A DNA stretch of 60,596 nt from Patescibacteria group bacterium (GCA_041650775.1 JBAZKO010000003.1:1-60596), one strand, 5' to 3'. Shown: positions 45,973 through 56,075, counted from the first letter of the stretch. The notes: a model not told the origin generated them from the letters alone. Program-made: numbers and translations.

Positions 45973-48441
45973 CTACAAAATATTAGGCTGTAAATGATAG
46001 TAGGGCGGATTATCTTTATAGCGATTAATCGCCAAACGAATGATTTCTTCCAAAAAATCGCCGTAGTCCATCCCGATCATCTGAGCCGAATCCGTGAAAA
46101 ATCCCCCGTTATCCAGCGAAGGGTTGGGGTTAAGTTCAAGCACGTAAGGATTGCTGTTCTTGTCGACGCGAATCTCCACCCGGCCGTAATCATGACAGTC
46201 TAAAATATTATAAGTGTCGAGAGCGATTTCACCCAAAAGCGTTTCCAGTTTCTTGCCGATATTTTTCGGCGGCCGCTGAACCATAATCTTGTCATAAACC
46301 GAGTTCTCCGTGTATTTCGATTCAAAAGGATAAATATGCCAGATATCCGGGGGTAATTCATCAAACATTGACCGCGATAAAGGTAGAATGCGCAAATCAT
46401 CGACATCAGTGCCGATAATCGGCACATCATACTCGTCGCCGTCGATATATTCTTCAATCAGAGCCGGCCGGCCGATTTCCTTTAAAACTTTTTCCAACTG
46501 GCGACGTAATTCCTGCTGATTTCTGACCACGGAGTCATTAGTAATACCGATAGAATTATCGGTATTGGCCGGTTTAACGATTAAGGGGTAGCGTAAATCG
46601 TCGCGCACGTCGTCTTCGAGCGAATAGACGTAATCCCATTCCGGCGTCGGTATCTTATGATAGCTCAATAATTTCTTGACCCGTATTTTATCAATACATA
46701 AACCCAAAGTAAAAGGATTAGACCCGGTATAGGGGATCTGAAGCGTATCCAAAATCGAAGCGACATGCGGTTCCAATAAACTGGAATTGTTAATTCGCTC
46801 GCAAACGTTAAAGACCAGGTCGACATCGCTGTTTTTCAAATCATTAAACGCTTTCGGCAGATCATTAAAATCAAAAAAGCTGATCTTATATCCCCGTTCT
46901 TTCAGAGTTTTTTCAATATCCTTGCCAATAACCGTCAGATCGTTTTCCACCGTCGCTTCCTGGTCGGCCGTTTCCTCGTCGTATAAATTACAGGCGATGC
47001 CGATATGCAGATTACGCTGGTTAGAAATCTCCATCCGCCGAATTTTTTCGATCTTACTGCGGCGTTTTAAAATATCGACATTAAGCGCCGAAGCCGAAAA
47101 CGGCGAATGGCGAGTGGTTTTCCCGATAGAAGAAGCTGGATGGAATTTGGCGATTTCATAGTTTATAGCTTTTTCCGCTTCGCGCAGGTTATCGGAAACA
47201 TCCAAGGGATTATGGCCGGAAACCAAAATCCACCCTAAATATTCATAGCCGTCCGGAGGGCACAAAACCGAATCGCCGATCTTCTTATCAAACTCGAATT
47301 CTTTGACGAAAGACCGGCGCTTCAAGTCTTCGTCGATTTCCAGATTAACGATAATGCCGGAATAGTCGGAAGAAAAAGTTTCGGCCGCCAAATATTCGTA
47401 TGGACCGTCCGGAAACTCGAATTTGGGGATATAAACGCCGCAGGCGATCTTAATCATGTTTTCGATCAAATCGACGTGCCAGGCCGCCTTGACGCTCGGA
47501 TAAACCTCATCACCGCCCAGGCGCAGATTGATTTCCAGAGGAATCGGCCCGCGCGAGGTTGATTTGGCTTCAAAATGGATACAGCCGTTCAAAATACCCA
47601 GTTTCTCCAGGCTTTCATCGGCCATCGCTAAAAGTTCCGCCTGATTTTTCGCCGGCAAATTGGACGGGGTCATCCGCGTAGTTTCAATGAAGAAAGGCTC
47701 CTTAGTTTTGCCGTTGTCGCTGATGGCACAAAATTTTATCTTGCCGTTCTGGATTAAAATATCCAAATCAACTTCATCGCCGTCGACGTATTCTTCCACG
47801 AACACCTCCAGACCGTCATTTAAAGCCGATTCCACTTTCGGCGAAATATCTTTCTTAATGTAATTATAGCTTTCCCGGAGTTCTTCCTCGTCGTTCACTT
47901 TGACGACGAAAGCGCTGGCCGCGCCGTAAGCCGGTTTAACCACTAACGGAAAACTAAAAGTCTTAACTACTTCTTCCAAATCTTTACCGGTTTTCAGCTC
48001 CCGGAATTTGACGACCGGCAGATTATTGGCCAGACAAAATTCCCGGAGTAAGAATTTATTGCGGACGCGGCTGGTAACTTTATAAGAAGTGCCGGTCAGC
48101 CGGTACTTATCGACGATCTTAGCCGTCAAAAGAACGTCGTCTTCCAAGAAAGTGACGGCGCCGTCCAGCTTTATTTCCGGATTTTCTTTCAAAAAATTAT
48201 CCAAAATCGCCAGCGATTCCAGGTAATTAAGCGTATCGGCCGTCAGGCAATGATCAGCGTAAGGCTGAAAAGTGTTAGCTTCTTTCCCTAAAATAATGAT
48301 TTTAATCCCCAAATTTTTCGCTTTGCGGATAAAAAATTTTTTGGAGTGGAGTGGATCGTTAGCGCTCGCCGTATTGACGATTAAAACCGTTTTGCCCGCG
48401 AGCGTATTACGGTTAGAATCCGAATTGCCGTTACCGTTCAT
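45973..48441 (-). CDS. Tandem ATP-grasp protein: L-amino-acid-ligase-like domain fused to a D-Ala-D-Ala-ligase-like domain
   Basis: Domain 1: RNKFLLR, VVKPAYGAAS, EEYVDGDE, LEINLRLGGD. Domain 2: IPYTGS, IVKPANTDNSIGI, EEYIDGDE, LELNPNP. Confidence 0.88.
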   Translation of the reverse strand: MNGNGNSDSNRNTLAGKTVLIVNTASANDPLHSKKFFIRKAKNLGIKIIILGKEANTFQPYADHCLTADTLNYLESLAILDNFLKENPEIKLDGAVTFLEDDVLLTAKIVDKYRLTGTSYKVTSRVRNKFLLREFCLANNLPVVKFRELKTGKDLEEVVKTFSFPLVVKPAYGAASAFVVKVNDEEELRESYNYIKKDISPKVESALNDGLEVFVEEYVDGDEVDLDILIQNGKIKFCAISDNGKTKEPFFIETTRMTPSNLPAKNQAELLAMADESLEKLGILNGCIHFEAKSTSRGPIPLEINLRLGGDEVYPSVKAAWHVDLIENMIKIACGVYIPKFEFPDGPYEYLAAETFSSDYSGIIVNLEIDEDLKRRSFVKEFEFDKKIGDSVLCPPDGYEYLGWILVSGHNPLDVSDNLREAEKAINYEIAKFHPASSIGKTTRHSPFSASALNVDILKRRSKIEKIRRMEISNQRNLHIGIACNLYDEETADQEATVENDLTVIGKDIEKTLKERGYKISFFDFNDLPKAFNDLKNSDVDLVFNVCERINNSSLLEPHVASILDTLQIPYTGSNPFTLGLCIDKIRVKKLLSYHKIPTPEWDYVYSLEDDVRDDLRYPLIVKPANTDNSIGITNDSVVRNQQELRRQLEKVLKEIGRPALIEEYIDGDEYDVPIIGTDVDDLRILPLSRSMFDELPPDIWHIYPFESKYTENSVYDKIMVQRPPKNIGKKLETLLGEIALDTYNILDCHDYGRVEIRVDKNSNPYVLELNPNPSLDNGGFFTDSAQMIGMDYGDFLEEIIRLAINRYKDNPPYYHLQPNIL

Positions 48442-48505
48442 AATGAGTGATTGAAATAATTGAAATGGTCGTCTGATCTTCTAATTTTTCAATTTTAAGT
48501 TTTAA

Positions 48506-49270
48506 TTATTTAACGTTATAAGTAACCCCGACTTCGATAATCACTTCCCGACTGCCGGCCGGAGTTTGCGGCGCAACGGCGCCGCCGCCGACACCACCCT
48601 TGCCATAATCGCTGGAATAAGAACCGGGATTTACCATATTTTCATACCAACCAGTTATCTCTTTCAAACTGACGCCGGCGCTGGCGGCTAAAGCGCCACT
48701 TTTCTCTTTAGCATCAGTAATCGCTTTGATCCTTGCCTGCTGTTTCAATTCATTGAGGTTGGAAGAATCGAAAGTCAGATTATTGACCTGATTGGCACCG
48801 GCTTTGGAAGCGGCGGCGATAACTTGGCTCAGTTTATTCTGATCCAGGTCGTAACCGCTAACTTTAATAACCAGCTGTTCATTGGCGTTATAACCGGAAA
48901 CCGTGGAAATATTATCTTTATAGTCATATTGTGGGTACAGCGAATAGTTCTGCGTCTGGATATCTTCCGGAGCGATGCCGACCTCTTTGACGGCTTTAAT
49001 AATGTTATCAACCTTGGAATTAAGTTGGTTCAAAGCGTCTTCCGCTTTCTCCACCTTGTCGATTTGTACTCCCAAAGAAACAACCGCCAAATCCGGATTA
49101 TAAGAAACTTTGCCCTGGCCGGTTATAGTCACGGTCTTAAATTGTTGATTGACGATTCGGTCGCGCAAGATGGCAACAACGACGACACCGGCTAAAAGGA
49201 CGGCGCTCACGATGAAGATTGCCGTTTTATGCCTGCCCTGACAGCAGGCTTTTGCTTTTTCTTCGGCCAT
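48506..49270 (-). CDS. SIMPL (DUF541) domain protein
   Basis: TITGQGKVSYNPDLA, DIQTQNYSLYPQY and ARIKAITDAKEK motifs. Confidence 0.88.
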   Translation of the reverse strand: MAEEKAKACCQGRHKTAIFIVSAVLLAGVVVVAILRDRIVNQQFKTVTITGQGKVSYNPDLAVVSLGVQIDKVEKAEDALNQLNSKVDNIIKAVKEVGIAPEDIQTQNYSLYPQYDYKDNISTVSGYNANEQLVIKVSGYDLDQNKLSQVIAAASKAGANQVNNLTFDSSNLNELKQQARIKAITDAKEKSGALAASAGVSLKEITGWYENMVNPGSYSSDYGKGGVGGGAVAPQTPAGSREVIIEVGVTYNVK

Positions 49271-49477
49271 AAATTTAAAAATTAAGATGATAAATTAATA
49301 TCGACTTCAACTTTTAATTATTATAACACTTCTTTTAAAAACTACAATAAAAATCGGGCGGTTCGGCCGATAGCGCCATTGCTTTAACCAATCTTTTCAC
49401 TAGCTATTGACAAAAATAAACAAAAGTACTAATATAAGAAAAGATTGAATTCCAATGTAACTTAAAAATAGAAGACA

Positions 49478-49948
49478 ATGAGAAAAGTAAAAATGACAAC
49501 CGAAGCCGAGGCTACCGCGGCCAAAGAGGCTAATGTTTTTAGAAAAATAACGGAAGTGTTTGACCATGCTAATGCCATGATAATGGTCATCGGTAGCGAA
49601 GATTGTTGCCAGATGATTATGGAAAATATGGAAAAATTAGCGAAAGCTTTTAATCTTGATCAAACAACCGAAGCCAAATCTTTCGAAGAAGGCTTATGGA
49701 AGCTGGGAAATAATATGAAAAATATTCCCGATTTATCTGGTTTAGATTGCCATCTTAAAGTGGAAAATATTATCGCCAGTCTCGACGAAGTCTATTATCC
49801 GGAAGACTTTCCCGAAAACATTCTTGATAAAAGAAAAAAGAATTTACTTGATTATTGTTTGAATAATGTCCTTAAAAAATTCAAAGAAGAAGAAAAAAAT
49901 TACTTAAGAAAAAAATCCCTGCTGGTTACCCCCTGCCAGGCGAACTAA
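49478..49948 (+). CDS. Hypothetical protein
   Basis: 156-aa ORF with its own promoter (TTGACA 49407-N17-TAATAT) and terminator. Confidence 0.7.
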   Translation: MRKVKMTTEAEATAAKEANVFRKITEVFDHANAMIMVIGSEDCCQMIMENMEKLAKAFNLDQTTEAKSFEEGLWKLGNNMKNIPDLSGLDCHLKVENIIASLDEVYYPEDFPENILDKRKKNLLDYCLNNVLKKFKEEEKNYLRKKSLLVTPCQAN

Positions 49949-49971
49949 CAATGACGCCACTTAAATAAAAT

Positions 49972-49998
49972 AAAACCCGACTTATAGAGCCGGGTTTT
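49972..49998. terminator. Bidirectional terminator
   Basis: AAAACCCG-N11-CGGGTTTT. Confidence 0.75.
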
Positions 49999-50003
49999 TT
50001 ATT

Positions 50004-50915
50004 TTACCATGATCCGCTGGAACCGCCGCCGCCGGACATTCCGCCGCCAAAGCCGCCAAAGCCTCCGCCGGAACCACCGGAACCACCGCCAAAGCCGCCC
50101 GGACCGCCTAAAAACCAGAAACCGCCTCTTCCCTGGCCGCGCGCTTTCGGTTTCGGCAGGACGCGAGAAACCAAATAATCGAAACCCAGGCCGAAGCCGC
50201 CGAAAATCGCCGGTAAAGCGATTAACAACAAAAGAGTCCGCCAAAAAATCAGAGCGACGATTAAACCCAGAACCACGCCGATTATTCCGCCCTCCCACCA
50301 ACTTCGGCTCTTCGCCAAATGGCGCCACAAAGCCGACAATAAATAAAAAATAAAAATAATTATCCAGATAAGCGCGTCAAAACTCAATTTCTTAAAATTC
50401 CATCCGGACGGAGCTGATTCAGCCTGGTATTCTCCTTTGGTTGCGGCGATGATCTCGTCGGTCGCCTTATTTATCCCGCCGTAATAATCCGCGGATTGAA
50501 AGGCGGGTCGCAGGGTTTTAGTGATAATCTGGTTAGTGGTCGCATCCGGTAAAGCCCCTTCCAAGCCGTAGCCGGTTTCAATCCGCATCCTCCGGTCATC
50601 CAAAGCCACTAATAACAAAACGCCGTTGTCCTGTTTTTCCCGGCCGATTCCCCAATCCGCGAATAATTTATTGGCAAAATTTTCAATCGTATCGCCCTCC
50701 AGGCTTTTAATAGTCACTATTGATAGCTGATTACTGGAACTGGCCGTAAACTGCGCCAATTTACTTTCCAGCGCGCTTCTTTCCTCCGTCTTTAAGATGC
50801 CCGCGTAATCATTAACAAAACCGGCCGGTTTCCCCGGGTTAAAATAAGCCCGAGCCGAAAAACCGGCCGCTAAAAATACGATTAAACTGAAAATTATCGA
50901 TAAACGACGGAACAT
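50004..50915 (-). CDS. TPM-domain (YgcG-like) membrane protein with Gly-rich tail
   Basis: VNDYAGIL, WGIG....DNGVLLL, RIETGYGLEG.LPD and GGG.SGGGGSSGSW motifs. Confidence 0.9.
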   Translation of the reverse strand: MFRRLSIIFSLIVFLAAGFSARAYFNPGKPAGFVNDYAGILKTEERSALESKLAQFTASSSNQLSIVTIKSLEGDTIENFANKLFADWGIGREKQDNGVLLLVALDDRRMRIETGYGLEGALPDATTNQIITKTLRPAFQSADYYGGINKATDEIIAATKGEYQAESAPSGWNFKKLSFDALIWIIIFIFYLLSALWRHLAKSRSWWEGGIIGVVLGLIVALIFWRTLLLLIALPAIFGGFGLGFDYLVSRVLPKPKARGQGRGGFWFLGGPGGFGGGSGGSGGGFGGFGGGMSGGGGSSGSW

Positions 50916-50933
50916 CTTTAATTTATTATTTGA

Positions 50934-51500
50934 TTACTTGTTTAACTGCAAATCAACCTGAGGATTTTCGGCCGCGCCGGCAGTAATCTGAAAATAAGTC
51001 TTTTCCGGGAATCCGAACAGGCCGGCAATCATATTCATCGGCAAACGCTTAATCATAACATTGAAATTCTTCACTTCTTCGTTAAAGCGTCCGCGTTCGA
51101 CGCTGATGCGATTTTCCGTTCCTTCCAGCTGAGCCATCAGGGTCTGAACCGTTTCGGTCGATTTCAACTGCGGATAATTTTCCATAATAACCAATAAACG
51201 ACCTAAAGCTCCTTCCACTTCCGTCGCGGCCGCGGCCTTATCGTTAACGGTCTTAGCGCCGCTATAATTTTCCCGCGCTTTAGCCAAGTCACCGAAAACC
51301 GTCTGTTCCTGGCTCATCGCGCCCTTAACAGCCTCCACTAAATTAGGAATCAAATCAAAACGTCTTTGATATTGGGTTTCCACCTGCGCCCACTGATTAT
51401 CGACACTTTCGTTAGCCGTCACCAGCTTATTATAAGACGACCAGAACCAAATCCCGATTATCACCACGGCGGCAATAATGATCCAGATTGTTTTTTTCAT
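50934..51500 (-). CDS. lemA: LemA family protein
   Basis: YNKLV, QYQRRFDLIPNLV, ENYPQLKS and LEGTENRI motifs. Confidence 0.93.
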   Translation of the reverse strand: MKKTIWIIIAAVVIIGIWFWSSYNKLVTANESVDNQWAQVETQYQRRFDLIPNLVEAVKGAMSQEQTVFGDLAKARENYSGAKTVNDKAAAATEVEGALGRLLVIMENYPQLKSTETVQTLMAQLEGTENRISVERGRFNEEVKNFNVMIKRLPMNMIAGLFGFPEKTYFQITAGAAENPQVDLQLNK

Positions 51501-51691
51501 AATTTTTTAAATTTATTAAGTATTTTAATATGATATATTATAACAGAAAACTGCTAAAAAATAAAGAGCGCGGAATGATTAAAGAACACAAAATAATACG
51601 GAAAAGCGGCCAACATTGACACTAATGGCAAAATAATAGTATTATTACCAATCAATCGTTTATTTCTTTGACAACTTAAAATTAATATAAA

Positions 51692-52315
51692 ATGGAAAAA
51701 AAAGTAAAAATTTCGACCACTTATCCGATGGTTCAACAGCCCGGAAAAGGCGCTAAGCCGTTCAAAGGCGAATACAAAGCTTCAAGCGGCTTGGAAAAAA
51801 TCTTAAAAGAATTGATTGCTAAAACAGACACCAGCCAATTACCGATCAGTTTTTATAAGAAAAAGATTAAATCGCTGGCCGCCAAAAAAGGCCTGCGGAT
51901 AAAAACTTTGCAAACCGGAGACAGCGACCCCCATACTTCCTCCTGTTCTATCAGAAGTAATTACTGGTCCCAGTCGGAAAAACAGCATATGAGCATTCAC
52001 GTTTGGGATGTAGAAGAAGATGGAACGGTAAAGATAAACTGGAATATAGTGATTATTTTCAGCACCAATAAAATTTATCTCCATCCCGATTTTTTTCGAG
52101 GTTATAATGACGGATTTCTGGAAAAACTCGGCCTAGTTAAAAAAGTGCCGCCGCTTCCTGATCTGCCAGAAAAAGTCATACAAGGGAAAGACTTTCCCTC
52201 GCTGACGAGTAAAGAAGAAGAAAAAACTTTATTCCTGCTCTCGGAAATCAAAGAACGGCTGGATAACGTAAAAAGACAACACCAGCTCATTGAAGAACAA
52301 CTCTCAGTTCTCTAA
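51692..52315 (+). CDS. Hypothetical protein
   Basis: 207-aa ORF oriented against its neighbours and followed by a terminator. Confidence 0.7.
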   Translation: MEKKVKISTTYPMVQQPGKGAKPFKGEYKASSGLEKILKELIAKTDTSQLPISFYKKKIKSLAAKKGLRIKTLQTGDSDPHTSSCSIRSNYWSQSEKQHMSIHVWDVEEDGTVKINWNIVIIFSTNKIYLHPDFFRGYNDGFLEKLGLVKKVPPLPDLPEKVIQGKDFPSLTSKEEEKTLFLLSEIKERLDNVKRQHQLIEEQLSVL

Positions 52316-52320
52316 AAACA

Positions 52321-52350
52321 AAAACCCGCCGTCCTCAGACCGCGGGTTTT
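52321..52350. terminator. Bidirectional terminator
   Basis: AAAACCCGC-N12-GCGGGTTTT. Confidence 0.75.
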
Positions 52351-52353
52351 TTA

Positions 52354-54138
52354 TTATCTCTTCGCCTTCGCTCGATCATTCTCCGTCAGGAACTGCTTGC
52401 GTAAACGAATATTTTTCGGAGTGATTTCCAGATACTCATCTTCATTCATAACGCTTAAAGCGCGCTCCAAAGTCAAATCCCAAGGTGGCGTCAGCAGAAT
52501 CGCTTCATCCGAACCGGAAGCGCGGACATTGGTTAGTTGTTTACCCTTGACCGGATTGACAGCCATGTCGTTTCCTTTAGCGGCGTTACCGATAACCATA
52601 CCCTCGTAAACCTCCGTATTGGGCAGAATATATAAAGCACCCCGATCCTGCAGGTTCCATAAAGAGAAAGCCGAAGCCTTACCGGTAATCATCGAAACCA
52701 TCGAACCGAGATTATTTCTTTCAATCTCGCCGGCATAAGGCTTAAAGCCCAAAAAATGCGCGCATAAAATTCCTTCGCCTCGGGTATCGACTACGAACTC
52801 GTTGCGATAACCCAAAAGCCCGCGGGTCGGAATTTCAAAAAGCAGGCGGGATTGGCCGTTATGCGTTTTCAAATCGGACAGGCGCCCTTTGCGCTTGGAA
52901 ACTTTTTCAATTACCACGCCAGCCATCGCTTCCGGAATATCAACGGTAATTTCTTCATAAGGCTCAAGCTTCTGACCGTTTTCTTCTTTGACGATTACCT
53001 GCGGCTGAGAAACCTGTAATTCATAATTTTCCCGGCGCAAATTTTCCAATAAGATAGCGATATGTAACTCGCCACGGCCGAAAACTTTATAAGAATTCAT
53101 ATCGGAAAAGTCAATCCTTAAACCGACATTAACTTCCAATTCTTTTTCCAACCGTTCTTTAATCTGGCGGTTGGTGACGAATTTCCCTTCCCGACCGGCA
53201 AAAGGAGAATTATTAACCAGAAAACTCAAAGAAATCGTCGGCTCGTCTATTTTAATGGCCGGCAAAGGAGCTTGCTCCGGCGTTTCCGCGATAGTTTCGC
53301 CGATATAAATATCCGGCAAACCCGCGATCATCACGATATCGCCGGCGACCGCTTCCGTTGTTTCTTGGCGCGCCACGCCGGAAAAAGTAAATAATTTAGT
53401 GGTTTTACCGCTCCGGGTCTGACCGTTTAAATCTTCGATAAAGACCGGACTGGCCGCCTTAACCTTCCCTTCGTAAATGCGGCAAATCGCCAAACGTCCT
53501 AAAAAATTATCATAGGCCAAATTAAAAGGCTGAGCCAATAACTGTTTATTTTCGAGCACCTGACTGGAAGCGGCCGGCACATGTTCCAAAATCAAATCCA
53601 AAAGCGGATCAAGATTGGTCGATTCATCCGTTAAGTTTCTTTTGGCGATTCCCTGTTTGGAAGCGGCGTAAATTACCGGAAAATCCAGCTGTTCGTCGCT
53701 GGCGCCTAAATCCAAAAACAGCTCATAAACCATTTCCAAAACCGCTTCCGGTCGCGCGGCGGGCTTATCGATTTTATTGATAACCGCTATCGGCTTCAAG
53801 CCGAGTTCCAAAGATTTTTTCAAAACGAATTTCGTCTGCGGCATCGGTCCTTCCTGCGCGTCCACCAATAATAAAACGCAATCAATGGAACGTAAAATCC
53901 GTTCCACTTCCGAGCTAAAATCGGCGTGGCCGGGAGTATCAACGATATTGATTTTTGTGTCGCGATAAAAGACCGAAGTATTTTTAGAATAAATCGTGAT
54001 TCCCCGCTCTTTTTCCAAATCATTGGAGTCCATGCTGACGCCGACAGCGGACATGCCGGTCTGGCGCATCAAAGCGTCGGTTAAGGTCGTCTTGCCGTGG
54101 TCGACATGAGCGATAATGGCGATATTTCTAATTTCCAT
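52354..54138 (-). CDS. typA: Translational GTPase TypA/BipA
   Basis: IAHVDHGKTT, ERGITI, DTPGHADF, GRGELH and NPVKGKQLTNVRASG motifs; promoter TTGACT-N17-TATTAT at 54240-54268. Confidence 0.96.
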   Translation of the reverse strand: MEIRNIAIIAHVDHGKTTLTDALMRQTGMSAVGVSMDSNDLEKERGITIYSKNTSVFYRDTKINIVDTPGHADFSSEVERILRSIDCVLLLVDAQEGPMPQTKFVLKKSLELGLKPIAVINKIDKPAARPEAVLEMVYELFLDLGASDEQLDFPVIYAASKQGIAKRNLTDESTNLDPLLDLILEHVPAASSQVLENKQLLAQPFNLAYDNFLGRLAICRIYEGKVKAASPVFIEDLNGQTRSGKTTKLFTFSGVARQETTEAVAGDIVMIAGLPDIYIGETIAETPEQAPLPAIKIDEPTISLSFLVNNSPFAGREGKFVTNRQIKERLEKELEVNVGLRIDFSDMNSYKVFGRGELHIAILLENLRRENYELQVSQPQVIVKEENGQKLEPYEEITVDIPEAMAGVVIEKVSKRKGRLSDLKTHNGQSRLLFEIPTRGLLGYRNEFVVDTRGEGILCAHFLGFKPYAGEIERNNLGSMVSMITGKASAFSLWNLQDRGALYILPNTEVYEGMVIGNAAKGNDMAVNPVKGKQLTNVRASGSDEAILLTPPWDLTLERALSVMNEDEYLEITPKNIRLRKQFLTENDRAKAKR

Positions 54139-54307
54139 ATTCCTGTCTGAAATTAAATTTAAAATTAAATAAAAATAAAATTACCCGGGAAATAAAAAAA
54201 TTACGCACCCGACGTAATCTTTATATTAAGTCTTTTTAGATAATACCTCTTTTTAAGAAAGTAGTCAAGGCCTTAAAAACCAACGAGATTTCAAAAAACG
54301 ACCCAAT

Positions 54308-54343
54308 AAAAAATACGCCCGGAATTACCCGGACGTATTTTTT
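54308..54343 (-). terminator. Terminator of the cold-shock gene
   Basis: AAAAAATACG-C-CCGG-N6-CCGG-A-CGTATTTTTT. Confidence 0.75.
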
Positions 54344-54354
54344 TCAAAAGGATA

Positions 54355-54552
54355 TTAAGCGCGCTTAACGTTAACCGCGTTCATTCCTTTCGGAGATCTT
54401 TCTGTTTCAAAAGTGACGGCGTCACCTTCGCGAAGTTCGTTGAATTGGACACCAACCAAAGCATTGCTATGGAAGAATAAATCCTTTTCTTGACCTTCAG
54501 CGGTAATGAAACCAAAACCTCTGTCAGTTAGAGTTTTAATAGTACCAGTCAT
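54355..54552 (-). CDS. cspA: Cold-shock domain protein
   Basis: RNP1 (RGFGFI) and RNP2 (LFFH) motifs; 65 aa. Confidence 0.9.
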   Translation of the reverse strand: MTGTIKTLTDRGFGFITAEGQEKDLFFHSNALVGVQFNELREGDAVTFETERSPKGMNAVNVKRA

Positions 54553-54665
54553 GGAATTTAAAACTTGAGTAAATTAAATGGCAATTATATGAGCCTATCG
54601 CTAGACCCAAATTTATGACTAATGAAAATCGACGACTTTTCTAATCACTATTTTGCACAAGAGTA

Positions 54666-54694
54666 ATTATACCATATAAGCAAAAACCAGTCAA
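54666..54694 (-). promoter_or_regulatory. sigma70 promoter of the cold-shock gene, implying a ~105-nt 5' UTR
   Basis: TTGACT-N17-TATAAT. Confidence 0.75.
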
Positions 54695-54721
54695 GGGGGT
54701 TAAAAACAGCCTAATAATGGG

Positions 54722-55861
54722 CTATAAATAAATCGCCCGCGCCACCGCTTTGGACACTTCTTTATTTAAAGGATCCGGCAAAATCATCTCCGGCGTCGGC
54801 GCGATGACCAAGCCGGCTAAATTTTCCGCGGCCCGAATCAGCATATCATCGGTAATCTGTTTGACCCGATTATCCAGGGCGCCCCGGAAAATTCCCGGAA
54901 AAGCTAAAACGTTATTAATCTGATTGGGGAAATCACTGCGTCCGGTAGCGACGATAAACGCACCGGCGCGCTTTGCTTCTTCCGGCATGATTTCCGGTGT
55001 CGGATTGGCGAGCGCGAAAATAATCGGCCGCGCGTTCATTGATTCTATCATCGCCGCGTTCAAGAGTCCGGGAGCGCTCACGCCAATAAAGATATCTGTT
55101 CCTTTTACAGTTTCGGCCAAAGACCCCTTAATTTTTCCGAGATTGGTTAAAGCCGCCAGTTCCTGCTTGGCCGAATTCAGTTCTTCGCGTCCGGAATAAA
55201 TAGCGCCGTTCCGGTCGCAAACAATAATATTTTTAAAACCATAATTAAGTAATAATCCGGCGATGGCCGTTCCGGCCGCTCCGGCGCCGCTTATCACTAG
55301 GCGCGCGTCTTTCTTCTGCGACTGACGAATTTTCAAAGCGTTAATCAGAGCCGCCAGCACCACAGTCGCCGTGCCGTGCTGGTCGTCATGCATGACCGGA
55401 ATATCCAGTTCCGCTCTCAGCCGGGCTTCGATTTTAAAACAACGGGGTGCGGAAATATCCTCTAAATTAATACCACCGAAAACCGGTGCCAGATATTTCA
55501 CGGTTTTGATTATTTCTTCCTCATCCTGAGTATCCAAACAAATCGGAAAAGCGTCGACACCGGCGAATTCTTTAAAGAGAACGCATTTTCCTTCCATCAC
55601 CGGCAAAGCCGCTTCCGCTCCCAGATTGCCCAAGCCTAAAATCGCACTACCGTCGCTTATGACCGCGACCGTATTGCCTTTAAGCGTCAATTCACGCGTC
55701 TGTGCCTTATCGCGCGCGATAACCCGGCAGACTTCCGCCACTCCGGGCGTATAAGCCAAAGACAAGTCCCCTCTGGTCGCCAGCGGAACCTTGCTCTTAA
55801 TCTCTAATTTACCGCGCTTCGCCCGATGCAAATTAACCGAATCCTGATAGATGTCAGACAT
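54722..55861 (-). CDS. NAD(P)-dependent malic enzyme
   Basis: LAYTPGVA, GKCVLFK, INLEDISAPRCF, DDQHGTA, GAGAAG and GRSDFPNQINN motifs. Start taken at ATG 55861. Confidence 0.93.
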   Translation of the reverse strand: MSDIYQDSVNLHRAKRGKLEIKSKVPLATRGDLSLAYTPGVAEVCRVIARDKAQTRELTLKGNTVAVISDGSAILGLGNLGAEAALPVMEGKCVLFKEFAGVDAFPICLDTQDEEEIIKTVKYLAPVFGGINLEDISAPRCFKIEARLRAELDIPVMHDDQHGTATVVLAALINALKIRQSQKKDARLVISGAGAAGTAIAGLLLNYGFKNIIVCDRNGAIYSGREELNSAKQELAALTNLGKIKGSLAETVKGTDIFIGVSAPGLLNAAMIESMNARPIIFALANPTPEIMPEEAKRAGAFIVATGRSDFPNQINNVLAFPGIFRGALDNRVKQITDDMLIRAAENLAGLVIAPTPEMILPDPLNKEVSKAVARAIYL

Positions 55862-55872
55862 ATTTTTATACA

Positions 55873-55895
55873 AAAACCCCTACGCAAGGGGTTTT
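55873..55895 (-). terminator. Terminator-like hairpin immediately upstream of the malic enzyme start
   Basis: AAAACCCCT-N5-AGGGGTTTT. Confidence 0.6.
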
Positions 55896-55919
55896 AAAAA
55901 ACGACTTAAAATCTCCCGA

Positions 55920-56075
55920 CTATTTTAAAGTTAAATCGAAAACGGTCAGAAAAAAAATCACGGCCACGATAACCCCGGCGATAAAACCCGACAAAGAAGA
56001 GGCGACGACTTTTCCTAAATGCCATTTAAATTTCTTTTTTTCTTCGGACACGAATTCTTTAACAACTTCACTCAT
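55920..56075 (-). CDS. Small single-TM protein (51 aa), below the ORF-track cutoff
   Basis: MSEVVKEFVSEEKKKFKWHLGKVVASSLSGFIAGVIVAVIFFLTVFDLTLK, translated by hand. Confidence 0.7.
   Translation of the reverse strand: MSEVVKEFVSEEKKKFKWHLGKVVASSLSGFIAGVIVAVIFFLTVFDLTLK

Noticed and set aside
54553-54660. Novel RNA element in the cold-shock 5' UTR
   Set aside because: Long 5' UTRs are established for csp genes, and no distinctive structure was seen beyond that.
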